Part shown: piece after piece, positions 43,159 to 51,960 of the stretch | Position numbering within the stretch: the first letter of the stretch is position 1 | How the letters are laid out: every line of letters begins with the position of its first letter | From: Gammaproteobacteria bacterium | GTDB taxonomy: Bacteria; Pseudomonadota; Gammaproteobacteria; JACCXJ01 | Assembly (NCBI GenBank): GCA_050740435.1 | Contig: JBOIDL010000002.1 | Coordinates: 1-58,470 of the forward strand | DNA: 58,470 nucleotides | Reading direction: 5' to 3' | Translations under genes and position numbers: made by a program | Notes under the pieces: generated by a model | What the model was told of the DNA's origin: nothing | The model's database searches: none | The model's input: the letters and a program-made list of their open reading frames with translations, nothing else

Positions 43159-44478
43159 GTCACTATCGTACATATTCTTGATGCATTAGTGTAGTTCGGC
43201 TGCCACTCTACAGCCCGGAGAACAGAGCACGCACGCTGCTTCTGCTAAACGGAGACATCGGGGCGGATGTCGAGGCTGGTGTTGGCCGCGAGATTCTGCA
43301 ACGCTACGCGATACTTTCGTCAGTTTCGGACGAGCCGCTAATCGTCGGGATCATTACTTCCGTTGGGAATCTGTGCCACACAGCAGGCGAAGACGTGGGT
43401 GTTGAATATAGCGTGCACGAAGCCCACCGATCATGGCTTGGCGGCGGAGTTGTGGACGCTCTCCGCGCTCGCCCGCTATACCCGTGAGTACGCCCTTGCC
43501 GCGCGGCATGGGAGCCTCAGGCGGGCAAGCCCAAGTACTACCTGGAGCGCCGCGATCCGCAGTTTGAAGAGAAGATGTGCGAGGTGTTGATGCTCTACCA
43601 GGAAGTCGTCCACCTTATGCGGTTTGATCTCAGCAGCGTGCAGGATGCGCCAGATCGTCGCTGACGTAATGACCCCGTCCTCGCCCAAGGCCTGCGCGGC
43701 AAGGGCGTGGACGAGAAACCGGGCGTTCAGGCGATCGAGACTACCGCGCCAGTTTGCCGCCGGTGTCAGGGCAGCACGGCACCTGGAGTCGGGACCACGA
43801 GTACCAGCGCCATGGGACCCTGTCCATCCTCGCGGCCGTCGACTTGCATAACGGCCAAGTCATCGCGCAAGTTCACCCGCGGCACCGGAGCCGCGAGTTC
43901 AATGAGCACTACCCGAAGGCGTCCACTATTCGCGTGATCCTGGACAACCATTCAGCGCATATCTCCAAGGAAACCATGGCCTACCTCGCTTCTCGGCCCA
44001 ACCGGTTCATCTACGTCCATACGCCTAAGCATGGCTCTTGGCTGAATCTGATCGAAACCGTGTCAAGCGTGTCGCTATGCTCGTGATGCATTTCGGCCAT
44101 CCTGACCCCGAAATGCACTCGCATCACGCGACAAGTGATTATGCCGCGACCGTCCTGCGTCCGCAGCGTCGCACCACTGCGCGGTGCGACACAGCTCCCA
44201 CACTGACTTTACGGCGCGATGCGTCTCCTGCTTCGCCCGTCGACGCGCGCCTATCGCGGGCTCCTCGACTTCGCCTTCGGCTCTCCATGTCTCGTCGTCG
44301 GAAAAATGGCACGTACGTTCCTCAAGGCTATACGCGTCAAGTCTCGCGAGGAACTTAAGCAGCGCATCTTGCAAGGGGTACGTGAGATGAATCTCGCCCC
44401 AGTCGTTGTGCGCTGGACGAAGTTCGATCTGGGGCTGGCATAAACGTAAGCTAATTGATGCATCGTTATACTAGTCAC
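43159..44478 (+). mobile_element. degraded IS630-family insertion sequence (transposase pseudogene with frameshifts, an inverted internal piece and a 236-bp insertion)
   Basis: Transposase pieces lie in several frames: KTWVLNIACTKPTDHGLAAELWTLSALA, KYYLERRDPQFEEKM, DEKPGVQAIETTAP, LPPVSGQHGTWSRDHEYQRHGTLSILAAVDLHNGQV...ILDNHSAHISKET...HTPKHGSWLNLIE, and the C-terminus KMARTFLKAIRVKSREELKQRILQGVREMNLAPVVVRW (ending at 44443). Imperfect terminal inverted repeats start with GTCACTA (43159) and end with TAGTCAC (44478). Confidence 0.7.
44063..44298 (+). repeat. 236-bp repeat 'A', copy 1 (inside the IS630 transposase remnant)
   Basis: By eye it is identical to 44722-44957 (offset 659 bp). It splits the transposase reading frame between ...SWLNLIETV and GKMARTFL... 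Confidence 0.9.
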
Positions 44479-44721
44479 AATCTCGGAGCGCGTCTATCCA
44501 TCATCTCCAACCGTTGGCAGCCTGGATGCCCAACTCGAACAGCCTGCTCCCCATGTGTTGGCCGCCCGCGGCGCACAAGATGAGTAGCCGAGTGAAGCCG
44601 GTTCTCGGCAAAGTACGACGCGCCCTGCTCGGTGATTCCCATCGCACGACCGGATCGTGGCCCAAGCATTCCGTCCTGTATGTCACGGAACCGGCGTGGC
44701 GGAAACGCTTCGAGGGCGTGC

Positions 44722-44957
44722 TCAAGCGTGTCGCTATGCTCGTGATGCATTTCGGCCATCCTGACCCCGAAATGCACTCGCATCACGCGACAAGTGATTA
44801 TGCCGCGACCGTCCTGCGTCCGCAGCGTCGCACCACTGCGCGGTGCGACACAGCTCCCACACTGACTTTACGGCGCGATGCGTCTCCTGCTTCGCCCGTC
44901 GACGCGCGCCTATCGCGGGCTCCTCGACTTCGCCTTCGGCTCTCCATGTCTCGTCGT
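44722..44957 (+). repeat. 236-bp repeat 'A', copy 2
   Basis: By eye it is identical to 44063-44298. It lies within ORF 44514-45155. Confidence 0.9.
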
Positions 44958-45151
44958 GAGAATGGGGATCTTTTCGACCCTGCGTTGTTTGACCGGGACG
45001 CCGTCCGAGGATGCTGGCGCAAGTTTGCGGCAGGCGGTCACACTCTTGGCGCGGACGTTGAGAAGCTTCTCCAGATCGAGTTGACGCAGCAGGTCATGCG
45101 ATCAGGCTGCCCAGAGTTTAGGCGGATCTACGACCTGTCCGAACCTTCATT

Positions 45152-46513
45152 GTGAACCGAATCGCTGTCTCGTTCCTGGCTGTAAGCGCCGTTGCGTTGC
45201 TGGTTGTTCCGCGCCGGTGGGCGCCGCTGCCACTCATCGCCGGTGCCTGCTACATGACGCTGGGTCAGGGAGTCGACGTGGGACCGCTGAGCTTCACCGT
45301 CATCCGGATGCTGATAGCCGTTGGTGTTATCCGCGTGATCGTGCGTAGTGAAAGCCTGGCCGGCGGGCTGCACGGGTTGGACTGGTTGATGGTGGTTTGG
45401 GCGATCTGGGCATGCTTCAGCAGTGTTTTTCATGAACCCGTCGGCGGCGCTCTAGTCTTTCGACTTGGTCTTATCTACAACGCCTGCGGCATCTACTTCC
45501 TGGCTCGTATCTTCTGCACGTCTGTAGACGATGGCGTGCGCTTGGGTCGGACTATCGCCATTTTGCTCGTTCCCGTCGCCATCGCGATGATCTATGAACT
45601 GCTAGCGAACCACAACGCATTCTCGATTTTTGGAGGTATTAGCGAGAATCCGGAAATTCGTGAAGGCAGGATTCGCGCCTCCGGACCCTTTGCTCATTCC
45701 ATTCTTGCGGGAACGGTAGGTGCCGTCAGTTTGCCCCTGATGATCGGAATATGGCCTTATCATCGGATGGCAGCCAGCGTCGGTATTATTGCATGCCTCG
45801 CAATTGTAATCAGCAGTGCCTCGAGCGGTCCTGTCCTGAGCACCCTGTTTGGCCTCGGGGGTCTCTTCATGTGGCGGTTCCGACGCAGTATGCGCAAGCT
45901 CCGGTGGACCGCGGTGTGCGCGTACATCGGTCTCGACATCGTCATGAAAGCGCCCGCCTACTACTTGATTGCGCGAATAGATGTCGTTGGTGGCAGCACG
46001 GGCTGGTATCGTTCCAGGTTGATAGAGTCGTCGATCGAGCACCTGAACGAATGGTGGCTTGCGGGTACCGATTATACCCGCCATTGGATGGCGACGGGTC
46101 TGATCGTGAGCCCAAATCACGCGGACATCACAAATCACTACCTGTCAATGGGCGTCCTCGGAGGCCTCCCGCTCATGTTGTTGCTGATCGCCATTCTCTC
46201 CAAATCGTTCTCACGAGTTGGCTGGGCGGTGCGGGACGGGTCTGGCATGTCACCGAGAGAACAGTTCGTCATCTGGACGTTCGGGTCATCGCTCGTCGCG
46301 CACGCGGCGACCTGGTTGTCCGTGTCGTACTTCGATCAATCCGTTGTCTTCTTGTATCTGACTGTGGCGGCGATCGGGTCAGCGAGACCACTCATGGCAA
46401 ATGCAGAAACTCGCGGTAGGGCCCACCACGCACGGCGGCTGGATCATGCGCACGTCCCGCCGTGGCCCCAGCCGCCGGTACGTGAGGGCAGACACAAGCC
46501 GCGCGCGAGATAA
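45152..46513 (+). CDS. wzy: O-antigen ligase/polymerase (Wzy_C)-family polytopic membrane protein
   Basis: 453-aa ORF with many hydrophobic helices. A periplasmic-loop region, RIRASGPFAHSILAGTVGAV, resembles the Wzy_C/O-antigen ligase signature. The C-terminal tail is Arg-rich. GTG start. Confidence 0.7.
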   Translation: MNRIAVSFLAVSAVALLVVPRRWAPLPLIAGACYMTLGQGVDVGPLSFTVIRMLIAVGVIRVIVRSESLAGGLHGLDWLMVVWAIWACFSSVFHEPVGGALVFRLGLIYNACGIYFLARIFCTSVDDGVRLGRTIAILLVPVAIAMIYELLANHNAFSIFGGISENPEIREGRIRASGPFAHSILAGTVGAVSLPLMIGIWPYHRMAASVGIIACLAIVISSASSGPVLSTLFGLGGLFMWRFRRSMRKLRWTAVCAYIGLDIVMKAPAYYLIARIDVVGGSTGWYRSRLIESSIEHLNEWWLAGTDYTRHWMATGLIVSPNHADITNHYLSMGVLGGLPLMLLLIAILSKSFSRVGWAVRDGSGMSPREQFVIWTFGSSLVAHAATWLSVSYFDQSVVFLYLTVAAIGSARPLMANAETRGRAHHARRLDHAHVPPWPQPPVREGRHKPRAR

Positions 46514-46514
46514 G

Positions 46515-47936
46515 CTACGGCAAGACGCGGAGGTTGGACGGTGCCGCGGGCGGAGACGCGGCGATGCCGCCAAACTCGAGTGCCCCGCGATCCCATACGC
46601 CGTCTGCCCCGCGCGCGTTGCCAAACATGTCAACGGCGTTACCCGTTGGGCTGTCCGCACTGCTCCCAGCACTGGTCGGCGCTTTGAGCCGCAGATCCCT
46701 ATTCGCGTAGTTCACGAACGGATCGCTGCTGAAGGTCTGAACGTTCGATCCCATTGTAGTCGCCCAACTTGCCGTGACATCGCCCGTCCCCTGTCGGATC
46801 AAATTATACACAGCATTGTGACTCTTTACCCCGTCCCAGCCCGGCCCGTAGTAATGCGCAGGATGATTGGCGAGTATGTTGTTGCGCGAGATCGCCGTCC
46901 CGCCGATCAGTACGACGCACGGACACCCGTCATCCCACCCCACGAGGGTATTGTTGAAGACCTTCCAGTTTGACGCGATGTTGGGGTCCGCATCCAGAAA
47001 CCGCCCTGCAGATTGTCCGTTACTGTCGTTGTCGAAGATGTTGCCGTAGATTTCAACGGCTTCGGAGGCGTTGCCTTCGTTGACGAACGCCAACACCGCC
47101 GAGTTGTTCTGATTAAGCATGTAGTTCCACCGCCAGACGAACCGGTCGTTGTTGATGCCTGACCAGGTTTCGCGATGGACATTCGAGTCATTGCCAATGC
47201 CATTCCCATCAAAGCGCGTGTACTGAATGAGCCAGTCATTTCCGCCTTTGACGTGTAAGGGCACGCCTTGGAAGGCGGGCGTGTAACAGTACTCAATGAT
47301 AACGTTGCTGAGGTTGTTCGTCCCGCTGACCTCCATATGCCAAATGTTACCGGCATTCGTGCCGGTGAAACTCACGGGTGTCTGGTTGACGATTTTCATA
47401 TGGCGCCAGTTGACGTTTGTTCTCCCAGAAGTGGAGGCAAGTTCAAAGCTGTTCCCACCGCTGGAGACGGTGTGCGTAAAGCCATGCCCCGTCTTCCAAC
47501 TCGTAGGCCAGTCGGTTGGACCCGATCCCGGCCCGCCGCCCGTCACGCCGTCAAAGTCCCAGTAGCTAGTGGTAATCGTCCATGTGCCGACAAAGTTCGC
47601 AACTCCGTCGCCAAACGTGTTGTCCCAACCCGCGTTGGTCCCGTGGGCCGAAATCGTCGCCTTCTTGATGTAGATGTACGCGGTGCCGGAATTCGGCGTA
47701 TTGAACGTGATCGCCCCGTTATAGTCACCGTCCGCAACGTAGTAAGTAGCGTCGCGAACCATTGTGGTAGGCAGCCGCACAAACGCGTCCGTCCAGTTCG
47801 CGCCGTTCTGGGCCCCCGTCGCACCCGCACGCACGTAGTATGTGGCGCCCTGAGCGTAGCCTGTCCAAGTGCTTAGCAGGAACACCGCAAGCACTGCTGT
47901 CGGAACCGCCAACCTTTCACACATTGTCTTGATCAT
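46515..47936 (-). CDS. secreted right-handed parallel beta-helix (pectate-lyase-fold) protein, possible polysaccharide depolymerase or modifying enzyme
   Basis: The start is taken as the ATG at 47936, with AGGA ~10 nt upstream. The signal peptide ends ...TGYAQG. YYVRAGATGAQNGANWTDAF...TYYVADGDYNG is a typical beta-helix N-terminal cap. Asn/Gly-rich repeats follow, and the C-terminus is DMFGNARGADGVWDRGALEF. Confidence 0.65.
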   Translation of the reverse strand: MIKTMCERLAVPTAVLAVFLLSTWTGYAQGATYYVRAGATGAQNGANWTDAFVRLPTTMVRDATYYVADGDYNGAITFNTPNSGTAYIYIKKATISAHGTNAGWDNTFGDGVANFVGTWTITTSYWDFDGVTGGGPGSGPTDWPTSWKTGHGFTHTVSSGGNSFELASTSGRTNVNWRHMKIVNQTPVSFTGTNAGNIWHMEVSGTNNLSNVIIEYCYTPAFQGVPLHVKGGNDWLIQYTRFDGNGIGNDSNVHRETWSGINNDRFVWRWNYMLNQNNSAVLAFVNEGNASEAVEIYGNIFDNDSNGQSAGRFLDADPNIASNWKVFNNTLVGWDDGCPCVVLIGGTAISRNNILANHPAHYYGPGWDGVKSHNAVYNLIRQGTGDVTASWATTMGSNVQTFSSDPFVNYANRDLRLKAPTSAGSSADSPTGNAVDMFGNARGADGVWDRGALEFGGIAASPPAAPSNLRVLP

Positions 47937-48033
47937 AAGCACCGTCCTAAGGTTAATGTATTAGTATAGGAAAACTCTGCGGCTATGCCGTGTTCCCGGA
48001 CGAGTATCGGCAGCCGAGGCTATATTATGAAGT

Positions 48034-48065
48034 GGCACCGCTGAAGAATTAAGGTGCCTTTTTTT
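48034..48065 (+). terminator. hairpin plus T7 tract (candidate intrinsic terminator on the + strand)
   Basis: GGCACC (48034-48039), a 13-nt loop, GGTGCC (48053-48058), then TTTTTTT (48059-48065). The stem is only 6 bp and no + strand gene lies upstream. Confidence 0.3.
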
Positions 48066-48125
48066 ATGCGGGTCACGTACCGGAATATTAATCCTCCGTA
48101 CCGTTCTCCGATGCACTCCTCAATG

Positions 48126-49340
48126 TCACGGACTATGCCTGACCAACCGGATGTGCCCCAAACCTTCACTGTATGCTCGGAGCAGTTCGGGTACTGAGTA
48201 TTCCCATGCCAGTGCATTGGCTACTCGGTGGCGGCCAATCTCACCCATCGTTCTGCATTGGTCTGGATGGTCTAGCAACCAACTCACTCGCTCCGCGAAC
48301 TCTAGCTCGTCATTCGGCCGTACATAAATCGCCGCATCCTGAGCGGAAAAGCGTGTTTCGACCAAGTCGAAGACCACCGTCGGTTTGCCCAATGCCATAT
48401 ATTCCATCAGCTTGTTCATGGTCGACTTATCATTTAATGGACTCAATGGGTCCGGCTGCACACATATATTAACCGCCGATAGGTGCCTGCGGGATTCGAG
48501 CTCGGAAAGGCGACCTGTAAACCATACGTAAGGCTCGATTTCCAAATCCTTGGCCAGGGCTTGCACGCTAGGGAAGGCATCTCCGCTGCCGATAATGATG
48601 GCCAGAAAATCACGTCGTCCCAGGGTGAATACCATCTCACGTATCGCGCGCAACCAGCAATCTACGCCATCTTGCGGTCCTATGGTGCCCACGTAGCCAA
48701 TTAAATGCTTTGCGCGTCGCGCTAGCTCTGGATCGGGTTCTAGCGGCTGATACGAATGAGGTGGCCCATTCCGTACAACGAACACCTTGTCCGGATCTTT
48801 GCTTCCCCGTTTGATAGCCATTTGTCTGTAGGACTCATTCGTAGCAATGACGACGTCAGCCACTGCATACGAACATCGCTCCAGAAGACGCAAAATACGA
48901 TAGATAAGATTCGGACGCGGCTGCGCAAAACGAGAAAGGTAAGTCTCTGGCGCGAGGTCATGGTGATCGTACACAAATTGCTTCCCGAACAATCTGAATA
49001 TCGCCCCAATAACACAAAGTGTATCAGGTGGATTTGCCGCATGGATCACGTCGATTCCCTTGCGCACTACGACCCATGCTGTTAACAACAACATCACCAA
49101 TGTGGCATAGCCAAATTCAAACGCATACCCGATTATCCCTGCGCCCCCGGGCGGGGCAGGAAAACGATAAACGCTGATGCCATCGACGATATCTATCCAA
49201 GGTTGGAGGGCGTGCCGGGGAGCGATGACGGTCACTTCATAGCCGTTATCACGCAGCGCATGCGCCTCGCGGCGCACCCGAAAGTCACCGGGGTACGCGT
49301 TATTTTCTACAAGCAACAACACTCTAACCGCCGAGCACAT
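48126..49340 (-). CDS. family 4 (GT-B) glycosyltransferase
   Basis: The start is taken as the ATG at 49340, with GGGAGA 8 nt upstream. VRVLLLVENNAYPGDFRVRREAHALRDNGYEVTVI... The C-terminal half is GT4-like (FTGRLS....., MEYMALGKPTVVFDLVE). Confidence 0.8.
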   Translation of the reverse strand: MCSAVRVLLLVENNAYPGDFRVRREAHALRDNGYEVTVIAPRHALQPWIDIVDGISVYRFPAPPGGAGIIGYAFEFGYATLVMLLLTAWVVVRKGIDVIHAANPPDTLCVIGAIFRLFGKQFVYDHHDLAPETYLSRFAQPRPNLIYRILRLLERCSYAVADVVIATNESYRQMAIKRGSKDPDKVFVVRNGPPHSYQPLEPDPELARRAKHLIGYVGTIGPQDGVDCWLRAIREMVFTLGRRDFLAIIIGSGDAFPSVQALAKDLEIEPYVWFTGRLSELESRRHLSAVNICVQPDPLSPLNDKSTMNKLMEYMALGKPTVVFDLVETRFSAQDAAIYVRPNDELEFAERVSWLLDHPDQCRTMGEIGRHRVANALAWEYSVPELLRAYSEGLGHIRLVRHSP

Positions 49341-49614
49341 CGTATTGTTCTCCCAGCGGCACATTCCTGTCTGCACAATGCCGCCACCCGTTAATCGGTA
49401 TCTGAATTAGAACATTTAGCAATAACCTCTCCCGAAATAACATGGCTTGTTTCGCACTTGCGGAACCCGCGCAAAACGGGGTTGGGTTTTCTACTGACAC
49501 AATTCTTAATCAACCCAGGGAATCCACGGCGACTATTTCTACCATCTTTGATGGTTGGCCGAAAGGAAACTTGCCCGACATCTCAAATGTGCCTTAAGTC
49601 TCACTTTTAGGAGC

Positions 49615-51600
49615 TTAGATACCTCTACTTGTACCCGCTCCGTACGCCGATAGCCGCCCCTCGTTAACGACAGTACCGGTTGTCCAAGTATTCGGCAGAT
49701 TAGTGAGGGTGCTCTGAGCGCTCGTCTCACTGGGCCGCCCTCCATATACCTGATCGCGGAACTGCAGGACACCACTAGGGCTCAGAATAGCGATCCAGTA
49801 AGTGCTGTCAGCGTTAATCGGCGTGGCGGGAAGAGGGACTTCGTTCCAATCCCCTGCCGTAGGTGAGGTCAGTGTCGCTTGCGCGAGAAGGGTGCTCGGA
49901 TGTCCATTGTTGTCATTGTAGAGGCCGGCGACGAGCTTGGCCGCCGTGGAATCGGCATCAATGTAGACCGAGAGACTAGTCACCGTGCCGGTGATTGTGC
50001 TACCAGCATAGGTTTGGAAGGCCTCTGCTTTGCCTTGGGAGATAGAGTCCGTCACCGGCCCAATCGTGTCGGTACCCACCAAGCGAATAGGAGGCGACGA
50101 AGGGGCTATTGGCGTGTTCATATCGGTTCGGATCTCGGCGGCATTCAAAGCGCCGTTGTAGATACGAACCTCATCGATACGGCCTTGGAAGTACTCGCCC
50201 CAGACGCTGTTCCCACCCAGGCGAAGCGGCCTATTCGACACCTGGATCGGTCCGGTCTGCGGGCGTTGTGCGACCTGCGTGCCGTTGACGTAGAGCCTTT
50301 GGGTGGTGCCGTCGTAGGTGGCCGCGAGATGCGTCCAGTGATTGGCCAAGAGCCAGGGTCCGCCGGAGAGCACTTGATACTGCCCTCCGACCGTGACCGA
50401 GGTCAGCGGTTGGCTCTGGTCGCCGTTGGCGTAAAGCTCGTAGAGGCCGCCGCCCGGCTGCTCTTTTAGGATCACTGTTGCCCATTGGCTCATGTTGACA
50501 GTGGGATAGACCCAGGCCTCCAAGGTCATGTCTGTGGTGAGGTCGAGGGAAGCACCGTCGTTGATGGTGACCCAATCGTCGACGCCATCGAAGGAGAGGG
50601 CGTTGCCGAAGCGTCCTTGGGTGGTCCGGGTGGCGCCGCTGATGGTCCCTGTGTTGCCCTTGCCGGAGCCATCGTCCACGGTGGTGCCGCTGGCTTCCTC
50701 GAAGTTATAGGCCCCGACGAGCCCGGCGTTACTTCCACCGCCACCGCCACTGCTTGAGGAGACCGTGATGTAATCGTTTTGGGTCTTGGTATTTGTCCCT
50801 TCAGGCCCGGTGGCTGTCAGGCTGACCGTATAGGTCCCGGCACTGGCGTAGGTGTACTCGGGGTTTGGCGCGCTGCTTGTGCCCCCATCCCCTAAGCTCC
50901 AAGAATATCCGGTTACGGTTCCGGTCGAGTCATCGGTAAAGGTCACGGCCAACGGGGCGGTCCCGGAGAGGGGTGTGGCCGTGAAACCAGCCACGGGTGC
51001 TGAAGTGCCCACCGAGATAGTCCTGGTGGCGGTGTCGCTGCCGGCGGGGCCCGTCACGGTCAACCCAACGGTGTAGCGGCCTGGGCTGGTGTAGGTCTTC
51101 GCCGCGCTCTTGGCGGTGCTGGTCGTGCCGTCGCCGAAATCCCACGACCAGGTGGTGATGTTGCCGGTCGAGCTATCGGTAAAGGTGACGGTCAAGGGGG
51201 CCACGCCGGAGGTGCGATTCGCGCTAAAGCTCGCGGTTGGTGCGGTGCGCGATGTGGAGATGGTTGCTATGGCCTCGTTGGAGAATCCACTCCAGCTCCT
51301 CCTATTGCCGCTATTGTACTTGTATGCCTTGGCGGCGATGTAGTACTTGCCGGCCTGCAGTTCCGTGAGCGTGTGGCTGGCCGTATTGCCGACATCGACG
51401 TTGCTCGTGTAGTTACCGCTGCTTGGTCCATAGGAGAGTTGATAGCCAGCCGCTCCAGTGCTGGCATTCCAAGATAAGCTGACTTGGCCGGCGCGGGCAT
51501 AAGCGGAGTAGGAGCAGAAACAAAATACAACCCCCAGTATGACTAGCCATTCAGCAGTCCCGAAAAAACTACGGTATGAGATGACGCCTCGAAAGACCAT
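49615..51600 (-). CDS. secreted FN3-like + 2 x PKD + LamG (Laminin_G_3) + C-terminal DUF4082-like domain protein
   Basis: ATG at 51600 with GGAGG upstream, and a signal peptide ending SAYARA. PKD motifs appear twice: GVAPLTVTFTDSSTGNITTWSWDFGDG...YTSPGRYTV and the second copy. LamG: LVGAYNFEEASGTTVDDGSGKGNTGTI...LSFDGVDDWV...[27 protein letters not shown]. Confidence 0.85.
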   Translation of the reverse strand: MVFRGVISYRSFFGTAEWLVILGVVFCFCSYSAYARAGQVSLSWNASTGAAGYQLSYGPSSGNYTSNVDVGNTASHTLTELQAGKYYIAAKAYKYNSGNRRSWSGFSNEAIATISTSRTAPTASFSANRTSGVAPLTVTFTDSSTGNITTWSWDFGDGTTSTAKSAAKTYTSPGRYTVGLTVTGPAGSDTATRTISVGTSAPVAGFTATPLSGTAPLAVTFTDDSTGTVTGYSWSLGDGGTSSAPNPEYTYASAGTYTVSLTATGPEGTNTKTQNDYITVSSSSGGGGGSNAGLVGAYNFEEASGTTVDDGSGKGNTGTISGATRTTQGRFGNALSFDGVDDWVTINDGASLDLTTDMTLEAWVYPTVNMSQWATVILKEQPGGGLYELYANGDQSQPLTSVTVGGQYQVLSGGPWLLANHWTHLAATYDGTTQRLYVNGTQVAQRPQTGPIQVSNRPLRLGGNSVWGEYFQGRIDEVRIYNGALNAAEIRTDMNTPIAPSSPPIRLVGTDTIGPVTDSISQGKAEAFQTYAGSTITGTVTSLSVYIDADSTAAKLVAGLYNDNNGHPSTLLAQATLTSPTAGDWNEVPLPATPINADSTYWIAILSPSGVLQFRDQVYGGRPSETSAQSTLTNLPNTWTTGTVVNEGRLSAYGAGTSRGI

Positions 51601-51853
51601 GGCTTCCTCCCCTTGCGTTTTAGTTGTTTCGTTTGAGGGGTGCCACCTTAACGCAAGGTTTGTTTCAAGCGTGTGACAATCGTTTTGATTCTGTGCCGTT
51701 CGTCACAAGAACGGCCACAAATTCGCGGGGAGGAGCGTTTTTTAGGCTGCCGTACAGAACCTAAATCAAGCGGACGTGAAGAAGCATTCTTGCTATTTCG
51801 GCAGTCAGCGTGGAGGGGAGTGTCGAATTCCTCAGGGTCGCAGCGAAAAGAAG

Positions 51854-51881
51854 CAGGGCCGGGTACTGCTCCCCGGCCCTG
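51854..51881 (-). terminator. intrinsic terminator candidate downstream of the 51961-53961 gene
   Basis: A perfect 10-bp GC-rich stem, CAGGGCCGGG (51854-51863) with CCCGGCCCTG (51872-51881), and an 8-nt loop. On the minus strand the hairpin is followed by CTTCTTTTCGCT. It lies about 80 nt past the stop codon. Confidence 0.55.
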
Positions 51882-51960
51882 TAATTTGGTATAGCTTTTT
51901 CCTTAAGTCAGCAGTACTGAAGGACCAACATAGTCACATTATGAAGCACGCTGAACAGGC

